From assembly GCA_036500715.1 (NCBI GenBank), contig DASYBP010000014.1:1-50961 (forward strand): a stretch of DNA of 50,961 nt, given 5' to 3'. The notes under the pieces are model-generated. The model ran no database searches. It was not told the DNA's origin and was given only the letters and a program-made list of their open reading frames with translations. Positions 29,230-44,050 of the stretch are shown here, in pieces. The position numbers were made by a program, and so were the translations under genes. This stretch comes from Rhodopila sp. Lineage in GTDB: Bacteria; Pseudomonadota; Alphaproteobacteria; Acetobacterales; Acetobacteraceae. Each line of letters starts with the position of its first letter. Position 1 is the first letter of the stretch.

Positions 29230-29994
29230 TCAGCGCCGACCCATCCAGCGTGGCAACACCGCCGGTTCCCGGTTGAGGACAGCGCCGACGGTCTGGCCGC
29301 CTAGGCGTTCCAGCAATGCTTTCGCGGCCTCTATCTCCCACTGCTTGGTGCGACCGGCGGCCACCACCAGCACCGACCCGTCGCAGTAGCGGGAGACGGC
29401 GGCGGACTCCGGCGCGTCTGTCGGCGGCGTGTCCAAAACGATCACCGGATAAGTTCCGCGCAACATGTCCAGCATCGACTGCAGCCGGTCGCCACCAAGA
29501 GCCAGCAACGGGCGCTCGCCGGGCCCGAGCCGCGCCCACAGCAGGTTCTTGGCGTCACGTGCATGTATGACAGCGTCTGTCAGAGGCAATCCCCGGCGCA
29601 ACGCATCGAACAAAGTCAACGGCTGCGGTTGCGCAGGGCCGCGCCGCGGTTTCGACGGAGCCGCGTTGCAATCGATGTAGAGCACCGGCTGGGCGCAGTC
29701 GTCCGCGGCGACGCGGGCATAACCAGATGCCACAAAACTTGCTCCCGAGCCGGGCGTCGGCGAAATGAATTGCACGACGAGTGGCATCGCACTAGTCCGT
29801 CGCGCCTCGATTGCATAGTAAAGTTCAACGAATGATGAATGGTGCCGCGCAATGGCGCCTATCCCGATCCGCACCGGCGCAACCGCATGCTCCTCTGCCG
29901 GCTGTACCGCAGTGCTCGATTTGCGAAGGATCGTCAGTTCGGGGTTTGACAGCCTGTTCACGTGGGCTTCTCCAAATCCAAATCTTGGCATCAA
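29230..29994 (-). CDS. Stand-alone CpsD/CapB-like P-loop protein with a degenerate Walker A (HfsB-like)
   Basis: ISPTPGSGASF, VLYIDCN, IVLDTPP, DGSVLVV, GAVLNR; no Tyr cluster. Confidence 0.75.
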   Translation of the reverse strand: MMPRFGFGEAHVNRLSNPELTILRKSSTAVQPAEEHAVAPVRIGIGAIARHHSSFVELYYAIEARRTSAMPLVVQFISPTPGSGASFVASGYARVAADDCAQPVLYIDCNAAPSKPRRGPAQPQPLTLFDALRRGLPLTDAVIHARDAKNLLWARLGPGERPLLALGGDRLQSMLDMLRGTYPVIVLDTPPTDAPESAAVSRYCDGSVLVVAAGRTKQWEIEAAKALLERLGGQTVGAVLNREPAVLPRWMGRR

Positions 29995-30055
29995 TCGAAA
30001 TGACCGGGCCTGCGCTTACAGGGTCAACCTAAAGGTTACCGAACGGCCTGCGAAA

Positions 30056-31600
30056 TCAAAACGCATTGTCATCGGCGAAAACCAGACGGGCGGTTCGCCA
30101 CAAAATCTTGAGGTCGAAGCCCAAAGACCAGTTTTCGATATAATAAAGGTCGTGATTGACGCGATGGACAATTTTGTCGACGCTGTCCAGCGCGCCCCTG
30201 TAACCATTCACCTGTGCCCAGCCGGTAATGCCGGGCTTAACACGATGACGTGATGAATAGACCGGAACCGCTTCTTCCAACGTCAGCCCACCCGCGGTCG
30301 TCGCAAGTGCGTGGGGACGGGGCCCAACCAGCGACATATCGCCCTTCAGAACATTCAGCAATTGCGGCAGTTCGTCCAGGCTGTACCGGCGCAACCAGGC
30401 ACCAATCGATGTCACGCGCTTGTCACCGCGCAGCGCCTGCTGCTGCGCGTCCGCGTCCGCGAGATGTGTATACATCGAACGGAATTTCAGTATTTCAATC
30501 ACACGGTTGTTATATCCAAGCCGGCGCTGCCGGAAAAAAATCGGTCCCTTCGAGGTCAGCTTGATGACGGCAGCAATGCTAAGCATCACAGGCGAAATGA
30601 AAACCAGAAGAACGAAGGATAGGGCAAGGTCCTCGGCACGCTTGATCAGTGCGGCACCGCCGCCGATCGGGCGTGTGCTGGCCATCAGCAGCGGCAGGTC
30701 GAAGGCACGGTCGGCGCGCCGCAGCGGCAGGTTCAGCCCGTTCATGCCGGGGTAAATGTAGACATCCACGGGTGCCATGGAAACCCGCTCTATAATCGCC
30801 CGCGTCTCCTCTCCGGCCGACCACGGCAGGGCAACGAGGACGGTGTCCACCGCATCCTGTCGGATCATGTATTCCAGCACGTCGATATTGCCGAAGTTAG
30901 GCAGTCCAGGAACGAGGTTCTGAGCTATAGGCTTGCCGGCGGGCTCCACGACGCCGATCACATCAAACGTGCGCCGGCCACCTGATCGGATTCTGGACAG
31001 CAGATCCTGAATTTGCTCTCCCGCTCCGACGATGACGGTCCGATTCAGCGGTTCCGGGCCGGCATGAGAACGCACCCGCAACGACCTGGCACACACGATA
31101 GCGGCGAAGCCCGACAGCAGGAACACCGGCAGCCACGCGCCACGCAGGGTGGCGCCCATCCGTTCCATCCCAGGGTGCGAAAATCTGGTCGCCCACGGAC
31201 CCGCAACAGCAGCGACGCAGAACGTCAACAAAGTACCGACCGCCACTGCCTGCAGCCAGCCCAGGACAAGTTTCCGCCACGCCAATCGACGGCTCATGAC
31301 TTCCGCCGGATCATAGAGACCGCGTTCGAAAAAGCTGAGGATCAGACAAACGGTCAGGCAGGCCATGGGGATCACGACTGGCGAGGAGGTGATCTCCCGG
31401 ACCGGATTAAACAACCCGAAGCATAGCATGGCCGCCCCGGCCGTCATCGCCGCATCCAGGCCGATCAGGCGGGCGGTGCGGCCAGCCAAGCGGGCACGCG
31501 GCGCGAAGCGGGCGGTACGATTCTCCTGGGCCTCAATTAGGCCGGAAGCAGCGTTGGTAATCGTGACGGCTATCTCCGGCGGCTCAGCCACTCCTGGCAT
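30056..31600 (-). CDS. Undecaprenyl-phosphate glucose phosphotransferase (WcaJ/HfsE-like priming glycosyltransferase)
   Basis: IKRAEDL, GPIFFRQRRLG, KFRSM, SLDELPQLLNVLKGDMSLVGPRPHA, KPGITGWAQVNG, DLYYIENWS. Confidence 0.93.
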   Translation of the reverse strand: MPGVAEPPEIAVTITNAASGLIEAQENRTARFAPRARLAGRTARLIGLDAAMTAGAAMLCFGLFNPVREITSSPVVIPMACLTVCLILSFFERGLYDPAEVMSRRLAWRKLVLGWLQAVAVGTLLTFCVAAVAGPWATRFSHPGMERMGATLRGAWLPVFLLSGFAAIVCARSLRVRSHAGPEPLNRTVIVGAGEQIQDLLSRIRSGGRRTFDVIGVVEPAGKPIAQNLVPGLPNFGNIDVLEYMIRQDAVDTVLVALPWSAGEETRAIIERVSMAPVDVYIYPGMNGLNLPLRRADRAFDLPLLMASTRPIGGGAALIKRAEDLALSFVLLVFISPVMLSIAAVIKLTSKGPIFFRQRRLGYNNRVIEILKFRSMYTHLADADAQQQALRGDKRVTSIGAWLRRYSLDELPQLLNVLKGDMSLVGPRPHALATTAGGLTLEEAVPVYSSRHRVKPGITGWAQVNGYRGALDSVDKIVHRVNHDLYYIENWSLGFDLKILWRTARLVFADDNAF

Positions 31601-32119
31601 CAGCGTGTCCCTGTCCTGTACGAGGGATCAGATCCCTCACGAACGCACTCAGCACAATTCAGTCCCCGCGTTTCTTCGCTGGGTCAGATACCAGTTGGCG
31701 TTTTGCGTGTTACGTGTCGCCTGACCTTAACCTCAGTGTAAGAACGCGCTTCAGGTTCCGATTGGTTCCAAAGCCGTCCGAACACGCAGAAAAAACTACT
31801 GCGCGGGGGACGCGGCTCGAAACCAAACTCTCCGTGTACAGCGATCACGTGAAACGTTTCGAATAGGGTCAGACGGGCGCGGGGGCGAGACTCGGATTGC
31901 GTGATGATGTCGCAGAAGAGGAGCAAATTTTCCAGGATCACCATCACATGTTCTGGATGATTACCATAATTGTATTGCCCTCCGGATTTATCATCCATCT
32001 CTCAGAACACGATGAGAAATCGGAACACATGTCTGAAAGTAGAACGATGCCGCAAATGGCGCAATTAGTGCATCTGCCGCGCAGTTTCGTGAGATTGAAA
32101 TATGTCGTTTTAGTTACCT

Positions 32120-33237
32120 GACGCGACAGCCCAGTAATCAACGCCGTAAAAATGGCAATAATACGGTCAGGACGCCATCTGGATTCTCCTGGTGGAAACC
32201 AATGGCGCGCGCCGTTCAGCAAGTGGCAGCCCCGCATATCGCTGCAGGGCCGCGGTTTTGCATGCGCTCGATCGCCCTGGGGATTTGATAGACTCCACAG
32301 TCCCTGGCTCCGGCGATGAAAAAGCGATGGCACATCGATGCTGCGGCCGGTGAAAACCTCGAGTTCCGCATTGCCGATCCCTTGCGTCCGACCACGATAC
32401 CACAGCAGGCCGCCCTGAAAGCCCACGCGCATGTATTCATCAATATAAACACGAAGTTCATAATCCGGTAACCATCGGCAAGCGGCGATGGCTTCCGGCG
32501 ACGGCATTTCCCCGGCGACGGTCCGCGCCATGTCCTGGTCCAGGTCCGTGATGTAGTACGTTGGCATCCGGGCCAGTTCGTCCGAGTTCCAGCCTCGCCG
32601 GCACACCGGCCGGTTGCCGGGTCAATAGCGCTTTTGTAATCGTAATACGCGCGCAGAAAGCCATGGAGGCCCTGCGCGTAGCGCGTCATGTCAGCGTTTG
32701 CCCAGGCGTTGAATAGTACGACTGGTAGTGCTTTCGCGGCCGCTTGAGTGACGCAAGCGCGGCGTGAATTTCCGGGCCGGTAGACGGCGTTAGACCAGGC
32801 GGTGCGCCGAACGGGGCGCTCATTAACGTCACTGCGCGAAGAATGTCCGGCCGCAACAGCCCGCACCAGGCGGCGACCGACGAGCCGAAGTCATGGCCCA
32901 CACAGCAGTCACGAATGGCCGTCCAGCGCCCCCAGCAAACCAATCATGTCTCGCACCAGATTAAGCCTGCGGAAGGCTATCGCCGTCGTAATCGGCATCC
33001 CAGCCGGTGGTGTCCGTACCCGCGCTGATCTGGCACGATCACAGCATCCAGCCAGCGACAGCGGCGGCATGACCTTGCGCAGAAGTACGCCAGCTCTCGA
33101 AAGCCGTGCAGCAACAGCACACAGGGATGTTCAGGGTTGCCAGCCTCCAGAACGTGAACCCGCAGCCCGTTCACTCCATCGACAAAGCGGGCTCGGACGC
33201 CACGTGGCAGGACGTCCGGTCCCAACGCTTCGATCAT
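32120..33237 (-). pseudogene. Alpha/beta hydrolase (epoxide hydrolase-like), multiple frameshifts
   Basis: Fragments in different frames: HVLEAG..PCVLLLHGF.ELAY, PDQRGYG, VGHDFGS.VAAWC.L.RPD, HYQ.YYST, GFQGGL.WYR, GA.HW. The ATG overlaps the P450 stop; the 3' boundary is approximate. Confidence 0.8.
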
Positions 33238-34490
33238 GCTGGAATTCGCACTTTCATTTCAGTGATGCCGTGGATGAAGTTGGAATAGATACGCTTGGGC
33301 TCCTCCACCAGTTCGATCACCGGGAACCGCTTCAGAATCTCTTCCCACAAGATGATCAGCTGCATCTCTGCCAGGCGGTTGCCGACGCAGCGGTGCACGC
33401 CGAAGCCAAACGACAGATGATGGCGCGGCCGCGCGCGATCGATGATGAACGCGTTCGGGTCGTCGATGGACTCCTCGTCCCGGTTGCCGGAGACATACCA
33501 CATCACAACCTTGTCCCCGGGCTTGATCTGCTTGCCGCCGAGTTCCGTATCCGCCAGCGCAGTACGCCGCATGTGCACGACCGGTGACTGCCAACGAATA
33601 ATTTCCGGCACCATGCTGGTCACAAGGCCTGGATTGTCCCGCAGCTTCTGATACTCCGCCGGGTGCTTGCACAGCGCCCACAGTCCGCCGCTCATGGAAT
33701 TGCGTGTGGTGTCATTGCCGCCGACGATCAGCAAGGTCAGATTGCCCAGGAACTCCTGCGGGTCGTTGACCAGGTTCTTCGTCGCCTCGCCGTGCGCAAG
33801 CATCGAAATCAGGTCGAAGCTCGGTGGCCGAGCGGCGCGCTCGTGCCACATGTCAGTGAATCTCTGCAGCGCTTCGGTGAGGATCTCCAGGCGCCTCTCT
33901 TCCGAGTTCACCAGACCGCCCGCATTCACATCCTGCACCGCGCAATCCGACCAGTAGGTCAATTTGCCGCGCTCCTCCTCCGGGAAGTCGAACAGCGTCG
34001 TCAGCATCAGTGTCGTCAACTCGATCGAAACGCGTTGCACCCAGTCAAAAGTTTCCCCCCGCGGCAGCCCATCCAGCACCTTGCAGACGCGTTGCCGGAT
34101 GATTGCCGACATGTTGTTCAGGTTAGCGGGCGCCACGATTGGGCTCACAACTTTGCGCTGCTCGTCGTGGCGCGGGGGATCCATGGAAATGAAGCTTGAC
34201 CGCCTGAATTCCATCGGCCGGTCGGTGATGGAAATGCCGCCCAGCCGCGCCTCGGAGGAAAAAATCTCCGGGTGTGTCTCCACTGCCATAATGTCCTTGA
34301 ATTTCGTCACTGACCAGAACGTCCCGTACATGCCATCCTTACGGTAATGAACTGGGTCTTCGCGGCGCAGACGTTCAAAGTATGGGTAGTAAATGTCATC
34401 TTGATACAACCGAGGATCACTGACATCAATCTTATCTAACGCTATCGTAGCGGCATCCGATACGGCGTCGAAATGGACTGGCGCGTTCAT
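33234..34490 (-). CDS. Cytochrome P450, CYP153-like
   Basis: FWSVTKFKDI, FISMDPPRHDEQRK, LLIVGGNDTTRNS, EIIRWQ, HLSFGFGVHRCVG (heme Cys). Confidence 0.92.
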   Translation of the reverse strand: MNAPVHFDAVSDAATIALDKIDVSDPRLYQDDIYYPYFERLRREDPVHYRKDGMYGTFWSVTKFKDIMAVETHPEIFSSEARLGGISITDRPMEFRRSSFISMDPPRHDEQRKVVSPIVAPANLNNMSAIIRQRVCKVLDGLPRGETFDWVQRVSIELTTLMLTTLFDFPEEERGKLTYWSDCAVQDVNAGGLVNSEERRLEILTEALQRFTDMWHERAARPPSFDLISMLAHGEATKNLVNDPQEFLGNLTLLIVGGNDTTRNSMSGGLWALCKHPAEYQKLRDNPGLVTSMVPEIIRWQSPVVHMRRTALADTELGGKQIKPGDKVVMWYVSGNRDEESIDDPNAFIIDRARPRHHLSFGFGVHRCVGNRLAEMQLIILWEEILKRFPVIELVEEPKRIYSNFIHGITEMKVRIPA

Positions 34491-34509
34491 GATGGATAGC
34501 TCCTCTTGT

Positions 34510-36198
<1,689 letters not shown>

Positions 36199-36735
36199 CG
36201 GTTCGCTCCAGTCCTCGTTTCATCCCTGCGGCCGTTGATGCCGGCGCCACCGGGGATTGGAGCAGCCACGGACTGGTCCGGCAAGCGACGGATCGACGGT
36301 GCCTTCATTGGCGCCGTAGTCCGTCTCGACCCCGGCTATCGCTTCATCGCCACCGATATCCGGCTAGCCGATCTCGACGGATCGATCCGGCCAAGCCTTG
36401 CCGATGTCCAACCCTTGGCGCGCGTACCTACCTCGGCTGCCATATGGACCAAGCCGGCGCACAGAGGCAAAGCCATGGAATCGTGGCAATTCTGAGACCA
36501 CGCGGCTTGCCTGTGAGCCGCGGCGCCGCCGCTCTGGCCTTGTCTGCTGATCGCCAGCGGGAGACCCTGAGGCTGCAGGTCGATTGGCGGAACGGCGAAC
36601 CGGTCCTGGTGGACGTTGGCCTGATGACAACAGGCGGTTACGAATCGGCACTGCGGGAATCTGGGCCGCCCTGATCGCGTCGCGCAGCCGCTGCGCCCTT
36701 GCTCCCACCCCCCCGAACCGTGGTAAGCAACAGCC

Positions 36736-36833
36736 GGGAGATCGGCGGTGGACGGGCGCCTCGCCAACCCGGTCAGGTCCGGAAGGAAGCAGCCGCAACG
36801 GGTCACCGCTCGGGTCGTTTGTCGGTCTCCCAC
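36736..36833 (+). ncRNA. ffs: Signal recognition particle RNA (4.5S)
   Basis: Conserved core GGTCAGGTCCGGAAGGAAGCAGCC in a long hairpin closed by GGGAGA/TCTCCC; lies immediately upstream of dnaX. Confidence 0.95.
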
Positions 36834-36878
36834 TTTCCCCCAAAGCCGCGTGTGGCGGCCACCAGGTGACCGTCCCGA

Positions 36879-38774
36879 ATGTCTGGCCTGTTTCAGGACG
36901 ACCCCGTCGAGCAAGATCCCAAAGGGCAAGATCCTATCGGGCGAGAGCCAAAGGAACAGCTGGGTGTGCCGCCACCACCCGATGCGCCGGGCCTGTTTGG
37001 CGAGGCGCTTCCCGTGGCGGCCACTGAACCCGTTCTTACCACCCCCTACCGCGTACTGGCTCGCAAATACCGGCCCATCACCTTCGATGACCTGATCGGG
37101 CAAGAGGCGATGGTGCGAACGTTGCGCAATGCCTTCGCGGTCGGGCGAGTCGCCCACGCCTTCATGCTCACCGGGGTCCGTGGCGTCGGTAAAACCACCA
37201 CCGCCCGCATCATCGCCCGCGCCCTGAACTGCGTCGGCCCGGACGGCACCGGCGGTCCGACCGCGGATCCATGCGGCGTCTGCGCCAACTGCGCGGGCAT
37301 CCTGGCCGACCGTCACCCCGACGTGATCGAAATGGACGCCGCCAGCCGCACCGGCGTCGACGATATGCGGGAGGTCATCGAGGCCACTCGCTTTCGTCCC
37401 ATGCAGGCCCGCACCAAGGTCTTCGTCATCGACGAGGTCCATATGCTCAGCCGCAACGCCTTCAACGCAGTACTGAAAACCCTCGAGGAACCGCCGCCGC
37501 ACGTCAAATTCGTCTTCGCCACGACGGAAATCCGCAAAGTCCCGATCACTGTCCTGTCGCGCTGCCAGCGCTTCGATCTGCGTCGGGTCCGCATCGCCGA
37601 GTTGTCGCAACTTTTCGCCCGTATCGCCGAGAAGGAAAACATCACCATCCAGCCCGCCGCGCTGGAGCAGATCGCCCGCTCCGCCGATGGTTCCGTCCGT
37701 GACGGCTTGTCTTTGCTCGACCAGGCCATTGCTCAAGTGGACCAGGGTCCCGGCGCCTCCGTTACCGCCGCACAGGTCATCGACATGCTAGGCCTCGCCG
37801 ATCGTGAAGCGGTCTTCGAACTCATGGACGCGGTCATGTCCGGCAAACCCGCCGCCGCCCTGATGATAACCGAGCGCGCACACGAGCGCGGTGCCGACAT
37901 CGGTACTCTGTTGCAGGACCTGCTTGACCTTTTGCATACCGTGACGCGCCTCAAATCCATCCCCAGCCTGCGTGAAAGCCACGATCTGCCCGAAGCCGAA
38001 CGCACCCGGGGTGCCGAATTCGCCGACCGCCTGACTGTCCCGGTGCTGTCGCGCGCCTGGCAGATACTGCTAAAGGGCGTCGGCGAGGTCGAGGTCGCGC
38101 CGGATCGCCGCGCCGCGGCCGAGATGGTGCTGATCCGCCTCTGTCACGTCGCGGATATGCCAACGCCCAGCGAACTGATCCGCCGGCTGACATCGCCTGG
38201 CCCCCCGCCGTCACCATCACTGCCACCGGCACCGGGCGGCGGGGGTGGCGGCGTCCGGGCGGTCGCCAACGGCGCGCCGATGGTCTCGGCCGAGGCCACC
38301 CCGGACGCGGGCCCACGAATTGCTACCTTCCGCGATGTTGTTGCGCTGGTGGGCGAGCGGAAGGAGGCGATGCTGCACGCACATCTGTTGCACTCGGTCC
38401 ATCTCGTCCGCTTCGCCCCACCGGTGATCGAGCTGCGCCCACAACCAGAGGCGCCGAGGGATCTGTCATCGAAGCTCGCGGCCCTACTGACAGATCTGAC
38501 CGGCACCCGTTGGACCATCGCGCTCTCCCGTGAGATGGGCGAGCCCACGATCGCTGAACAGGGCAACGCCGCCGATACGGCCCGCAAGACCGCCGCCGCC
38601 GATCACCCGCTGGTGCGTGCGATCCTGGCCGCATTTCCAGGCGCGCGCATCGACACTGTACATGATAAGACGGCAGACGCTTATGGATTGCCGGCCGCGC
38701 CCCCAGATATGCCGGATTTCGCACCCCCGGACGCCGCATACTTCGACGAAGACCCGACGGAGATCGACCCATGA
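36879..38774 (+). CDS. dnaX: DNA polymerase III subunit gamma/tau
   Basis: [19 protein letters not shown], zinc-binding Cys, [19 protein letters not shown]. Confidence 0.97.
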   Translation: MSGLFQDDPVEQDPKGQDPIGREPKEQLGVPPPPDAPGLFGEALPVAATEPVLTTPYRVLARKYRPITFDDLIGQEAMVRTLRNAFAVGRVAHAFMLTGVRGVGKTTTARIIARALNCVGPDGTGGPTADPCGVCANCAGILADRHPDVIEMDAASRTGVDDMREVIEATRFRPMQARTKVFVIDEVHMLSRNAFNAVLKTLEEPPPHVKFVFATTEIRKVPITVLSRCQRFDLRRVRIAELSQLFARIAEKENITIQPAALEQIARSADGSVRDGLSLLDQAIAQVDQGPGASVTAAQVIDMLGLADREAVFELMDAVMSGKPAAALMITERAHERGADIGTLLQDLLDLLHTVTRLKSIPSLRESHDLPEAERTRGAEFADRLTVPVLSRAWQILLKGVGEVEVAPDRRAAAEMVLIRLCHVADMPTPSELIRRLTSPGPPPSPSLPPAPGGGGGGVRAVANGAPMVSAEATPDAGPRIATFRDVVALVGERKEAMLHAHLLHSVHLVRFAPPVIELRPQPEAPRDLSSKLAALLTDLTGTRWTIALSREMGEPTIAEQGNAADTARKTAAADHPLVRAILAAFPGARIDTVHDKTADAYGLPAAPPDMPDFAPPDAAYFDEDPTEIDP

Positions 38775-39094
38775 AGAACCTGGCCGGCATGATGAAGCAG
38801 GCGCAACAGATGCAGTCTAAGATGGAGGAGATGCAGGCGAAGCTGGAATCGCTCGAACTCACCGGGGAAGCTGGCGCCGGCATGGTCAAGGTCACCATGA
38901 ACGGCAAGAGCGACCTGAGGAAGATCAAGATCGATCCAAAGATCGTCGACCCGGCCGACACCGAGATGCTGGAGGATCTGATCGTGGCCGCGACCCATGA
39001 CGCACGCGCCAAAATCGAAGCTGCGATGGCCGAGGAAATGCAGAAAGTCACCGGCGGCATCCAACTGCCGCCCGGGATGAAGCTGCCGTTTTAG
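38771..39094 (+). CDS. ybaB: YbaB/EbfC nucleoid-associated protein
   Basis: [34 protein letters not shown]; lies between dnaX and recR. Confidence 0.96.
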   Translation: MKNLAGMMKQAQQMQSKMEEMQAKLESLELTGEAGAGMVKVTMNGKSDLRKIKIDPKIVDPADTEMLEDLIVAATHDARAKIEAAMAEEMQKVTGGIQLPPGMKLPF

Positions 39095-39188
39095 CGTTCA
39101 CCGTCATGGCCGGACATACCCCAGCGATCGAGCCGCAACTATATGCCCGCCGGTCGCGGGACGACGCCCGGTCTTAAAGTCTGGCCTT

Positions 39189-39782
39189 ATGGGCGGCCCT
39201 GAAATTGACCATTTGATCGGCCTGCTCGCCAAGCTGCCAGGAATGGGTCCGCGCAGTGCCCGCCGAGCGGCGCTGAAGATGTTGCAGCAGCCCGAGTCCC
39301 GCATGCTGCCGCTCGCCGCGGCGCTGACGCAGGCTGCCCGTGCCGTTCGCCCGTGTGCGGATTGCGGCAATTTGGACAGTCGAGATCCCTGCTCGATCTG
39401 CACCGACAAGCATCGCGACCGCTCCATCATTTGTGTTGTCGAAGGCGTTGGCGACCTTTGGGCGCTGGAGCGGGCCGGGGTCCATCATGGCCTGTACCAT
39501 GTTCTTGGTGGCACATTGTCCGCCATGGCCGGTATCGGCCCTGAAGACCTGAATGTTGCCGGCCTGCTGAACCGGATCGCCGAGGGGGACGTGGCGGAGG
39601 TGATCCTGGCCCTCGGCGCCACCGTCGATGGCGCTGCAACAGCCCACTGGCTGACCGATCAACTGCGGCCAAGCGGCATCAGCGTGACCCGAGTCGGCCA
39701 AGGGGTCCCCATGGGCGGCTCGCTCGACATGCTGGATGATGGTACGCTAGCGGCTGCCCTGCGTACCCGCCGCGCCACGTGA
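39189..39782 (+). CDS. recR: Recombination mediator RecR
   Basis: LPGMGPRSARR, C4 zinc finger, ICVVE, YHVLGG, EVILA, Toprim domain. Confidence 0.96.
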   Translation: MGGPEIDHLIGLLAKLPGMGPRSARRAALKMLQQPESRMLPLAAALTQAARAVRPCADCGNLDSRDPCSICTDKHRDRSIICVVEGVGDLWALERAGVHHGLYHVLGGTLSAMAGIGPEDLNVAGLLNRIAEGDVAEVILALGATVDGAATAHWLTDQLRPSGISVTRVGQGVPMGGSLDMLDDGTLAAALRTRRAT

Positions 39783-40354
39783 GGCGTCCGACGGCCGATG
39801 GTTTCGATAAGGGGAAGGAGTGGTCGCAAACGGCGTCCCCGCGTCAAGATAGCGTGAATGTGCAATTTTATAATTTAGGCACGCACGATACTTGTTGCAT
39901 GACAAAGTTGAAGCGCAAGTCTATACCCCCGGGTTAGGTTCTGAAATCATCAAGTGTAGGACAAGAGCTATCCAACGAGCGCAGGTCCGTTCGCGTCCCG
40001 CCTGCGAAGCGGCGCGGACCGCAGGCAAGTTCTCGTAGCTAAATCGAACTAACTACCGTGGGCGTTAATCGGGGGAGGGCCGGGCAGCTCTGGGAGCCCA
40101 GATTCAGCCAAATGAGCCTATAAATCGGCAGGCTGCAAAGCTGACGTCCACATTCTCGGAAAGTCGGATGATCGCACCGCTCTCTGCCGCAAATATGCAG
40201 ATGGGCCGCAAGACCCGACCCGCGCGCCGTCTTCGGTTCCTGCCTGCGTTAGAGCCAAACCTGCCCAGAAAGGGACCGTCCGCGTTGCTTCTCCAACCGA
40301 GTTGTTTGGTTTCCGCCGCTTCAAAACGGCCAGGGATTGACTTCGACGTGACTC

Positions 40355-41743
40355 GTGGGTGACCAGGAAAAATTGCTGGTTGAGACCGAACGGATGCGAT
40401 CCGTGTTTCAGCAGGCGCCGCTGGTGCTCTCCGTCACTCTTATCAATTCCATGCTCACCGCCGCCGTGCTCGCCCCGGTCGCCAGCCATAGGTTTCTGAT
40501 TGTCTGGATGGCTTTGATCGTTTCGCTCACAGGTGTTCGCTGGACGATCCGCCAGCAGGTCTTTCCGAAAGCGCTTGACGAGGGGCGATATCGGCTGGTG
40601 GCGGTGATTAGTGTTCTCGGCGCCCTCGCGGCGGGGATCGTATGGGCCACCCTGCTCGTCGCCTTGTTTCCGGCATCCGAGACATATCAGTTGTTTTTCG
40701 CCCTCGTCATCGGCGGAATGTGCGCCGGCACGACGTCGGTGCACTCAACCCACATGCCAACGGTGCTGGCGTTCATTCTTCCCGCCAGCGTGCCGTTGGG
40801 CTGTCGGTTCATGGTGGAAGGATCGACCCCGTCCCTGGCATCGGGGATAATGACACTCGTCTTTGCCTGCGCGCTGTCTGTTGCCAGTTGGCGGACCCAT
40901 CGTGCGTTCGGCGAGCATCTTCGGCTCCAGCTCGCGCTTAGCCGCCAAGGACGCGCGCTGATTGAGGCGAACGAGCGGCTTCGCGCTGAAGTGGCGGAGC
41001 GGTTGAAAGCCGAGGCGACTTTGCATCAGGCGCAGAAGATGGAGGCGATCGGCCACCTGACTGGAGGGATCGCGCACGACTTCAACAACCTTTTGCATGT
41101 CGTCACCGGCAATCTGAGCATGATCGCGCGGCTGGCCGAGGGTAATGCCCGTATCCTTGGCTACGTACGGGCGGCGGAGCAGGCAGCGAGGCAGGGCGCG
41201 CGCCTGACAAACAGCCTGCTCGCCTTTGCGCGACGGCAGTCGCTGCAGGTTGAGCGTGTGAATGCCAACACATTACTGCAGGAGTTCAAGCCGATCCTGC
41301 TGCGGGCCATCGACAGCAAGACCCCGCTGCTGACTTCGTTTGCACCCGATCTGCCGAGTTTCGAAGCCGACCCCGCGCATTTCAAGTCCGCGATCCTCAA
41401 CGTCGTGATCAATGCCCGCGACGCCATGCCCGACGGAGGCCGACTATCGATCACCACCGACGTGATAACGCTTGGAGAGGAAGATTTGCTGGCAAACCCG
41501 GACGCAGATCCGGGACGCTTCGTGAGCGTCTCGGTTCAAGATACCGGCTCTGGTATGACCCCGGAGGTGCTTTCCCGCGTCTTCGAACCATTCTTCACGA
41601 CAAAGGAGGTCGGCAAGGGCAGCGGGCTTGGCCTCTCCCAGGTTTACGGGTTCGCGCGCCAGTCGGGTGGCCATGTGCAACTCCACAGCAAGCCGGGAGC
41701 AGGTACCCGCGTAACGCTTTGCCTGCCGGCTGTCGCTGACTGA
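40355..41743 (+). CDS. Membrane sensor histidine kinase (multi-TM input, no receiver domain)
   Basis: AQKMEAIGHLTGGIAHDFNNLL H-box, NARDAM, DTGSGM, FEPFFTTK, GSGLGL. Confidence 0.9.
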   Translation: MGDQEKLLVETERMRSVFQQAPLVLSVTLINSMLTAAVLAPVASHRFLIVWMALIVSLTGVRWTIRQQVFPKALDEGRYRLVAVISVLGALAAGIVWATLLVALFPASETYQLFFALVIGGMCAGTTSVHSTHMPTVLAFILPASVPLGCRFMVEGSTPSLASGIMTLVFACALSVASWRTHRAFGEHLRLQLALSRQGRALIEANERLRAEVAERLKAEATLHQAQKMEAIGHLTGGIAHDFNNLLHVVTGNLSMIARLAEGNARILGYVRAAEQAARQGARLTNSLLAFARRQSLQVERVNANTLLQEFKPILLRAIDSKTPLLTSFAPDLPSFEADPAHFKSAILNVVINARDAMPDGGRLSITTDVITLGEEDLLANPDADPGRFVSVSVQDTGSGMTPEVLSRVFEPFFTTKEVGKGSGLGLSQVYGFARQSGGHVQLHSKPGAGTRVTLCLPAVAD

Positions 41744-41792
41744 CTGATGACGGCTGACGACTGCATCGTTCAGCTGGGCACCACCAAAACCC

Positions 41793-43988
<2,196 letters not shown>

Positions 43989-44050
43989 CGTAAGCTCCTT
44001 GCACCGTCAAGATGGCGTGTCGGCCCTGCCGCGTCGAGGGGTGGAGGTCG

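Noticed and set aside
23182-29276. Plus-strand ORFs 23182..24387 and 28227..29276
   Set aside because: Antisense to motif-supported EPS genes; composition is typical of shadow frames.
36199-36735. Possible small gene between the ferredoxin reductase and ffs
   Set aside because: Several short ORFs, none with recognizable family features or a convincing RBS; left unannotated.
36336-37736. 466-aa minus-strand ORF spanning ffs and dnaX
   Set aside because: Overlaps the SRP RNA and dnaX on the opposite strand and has no motifs.
36879-38774. Programmed -1 frameshift in dnaX producing gamma
   Set aside because: I saw no A-AAA-AAG slippery heptamer or long A run in the gene.
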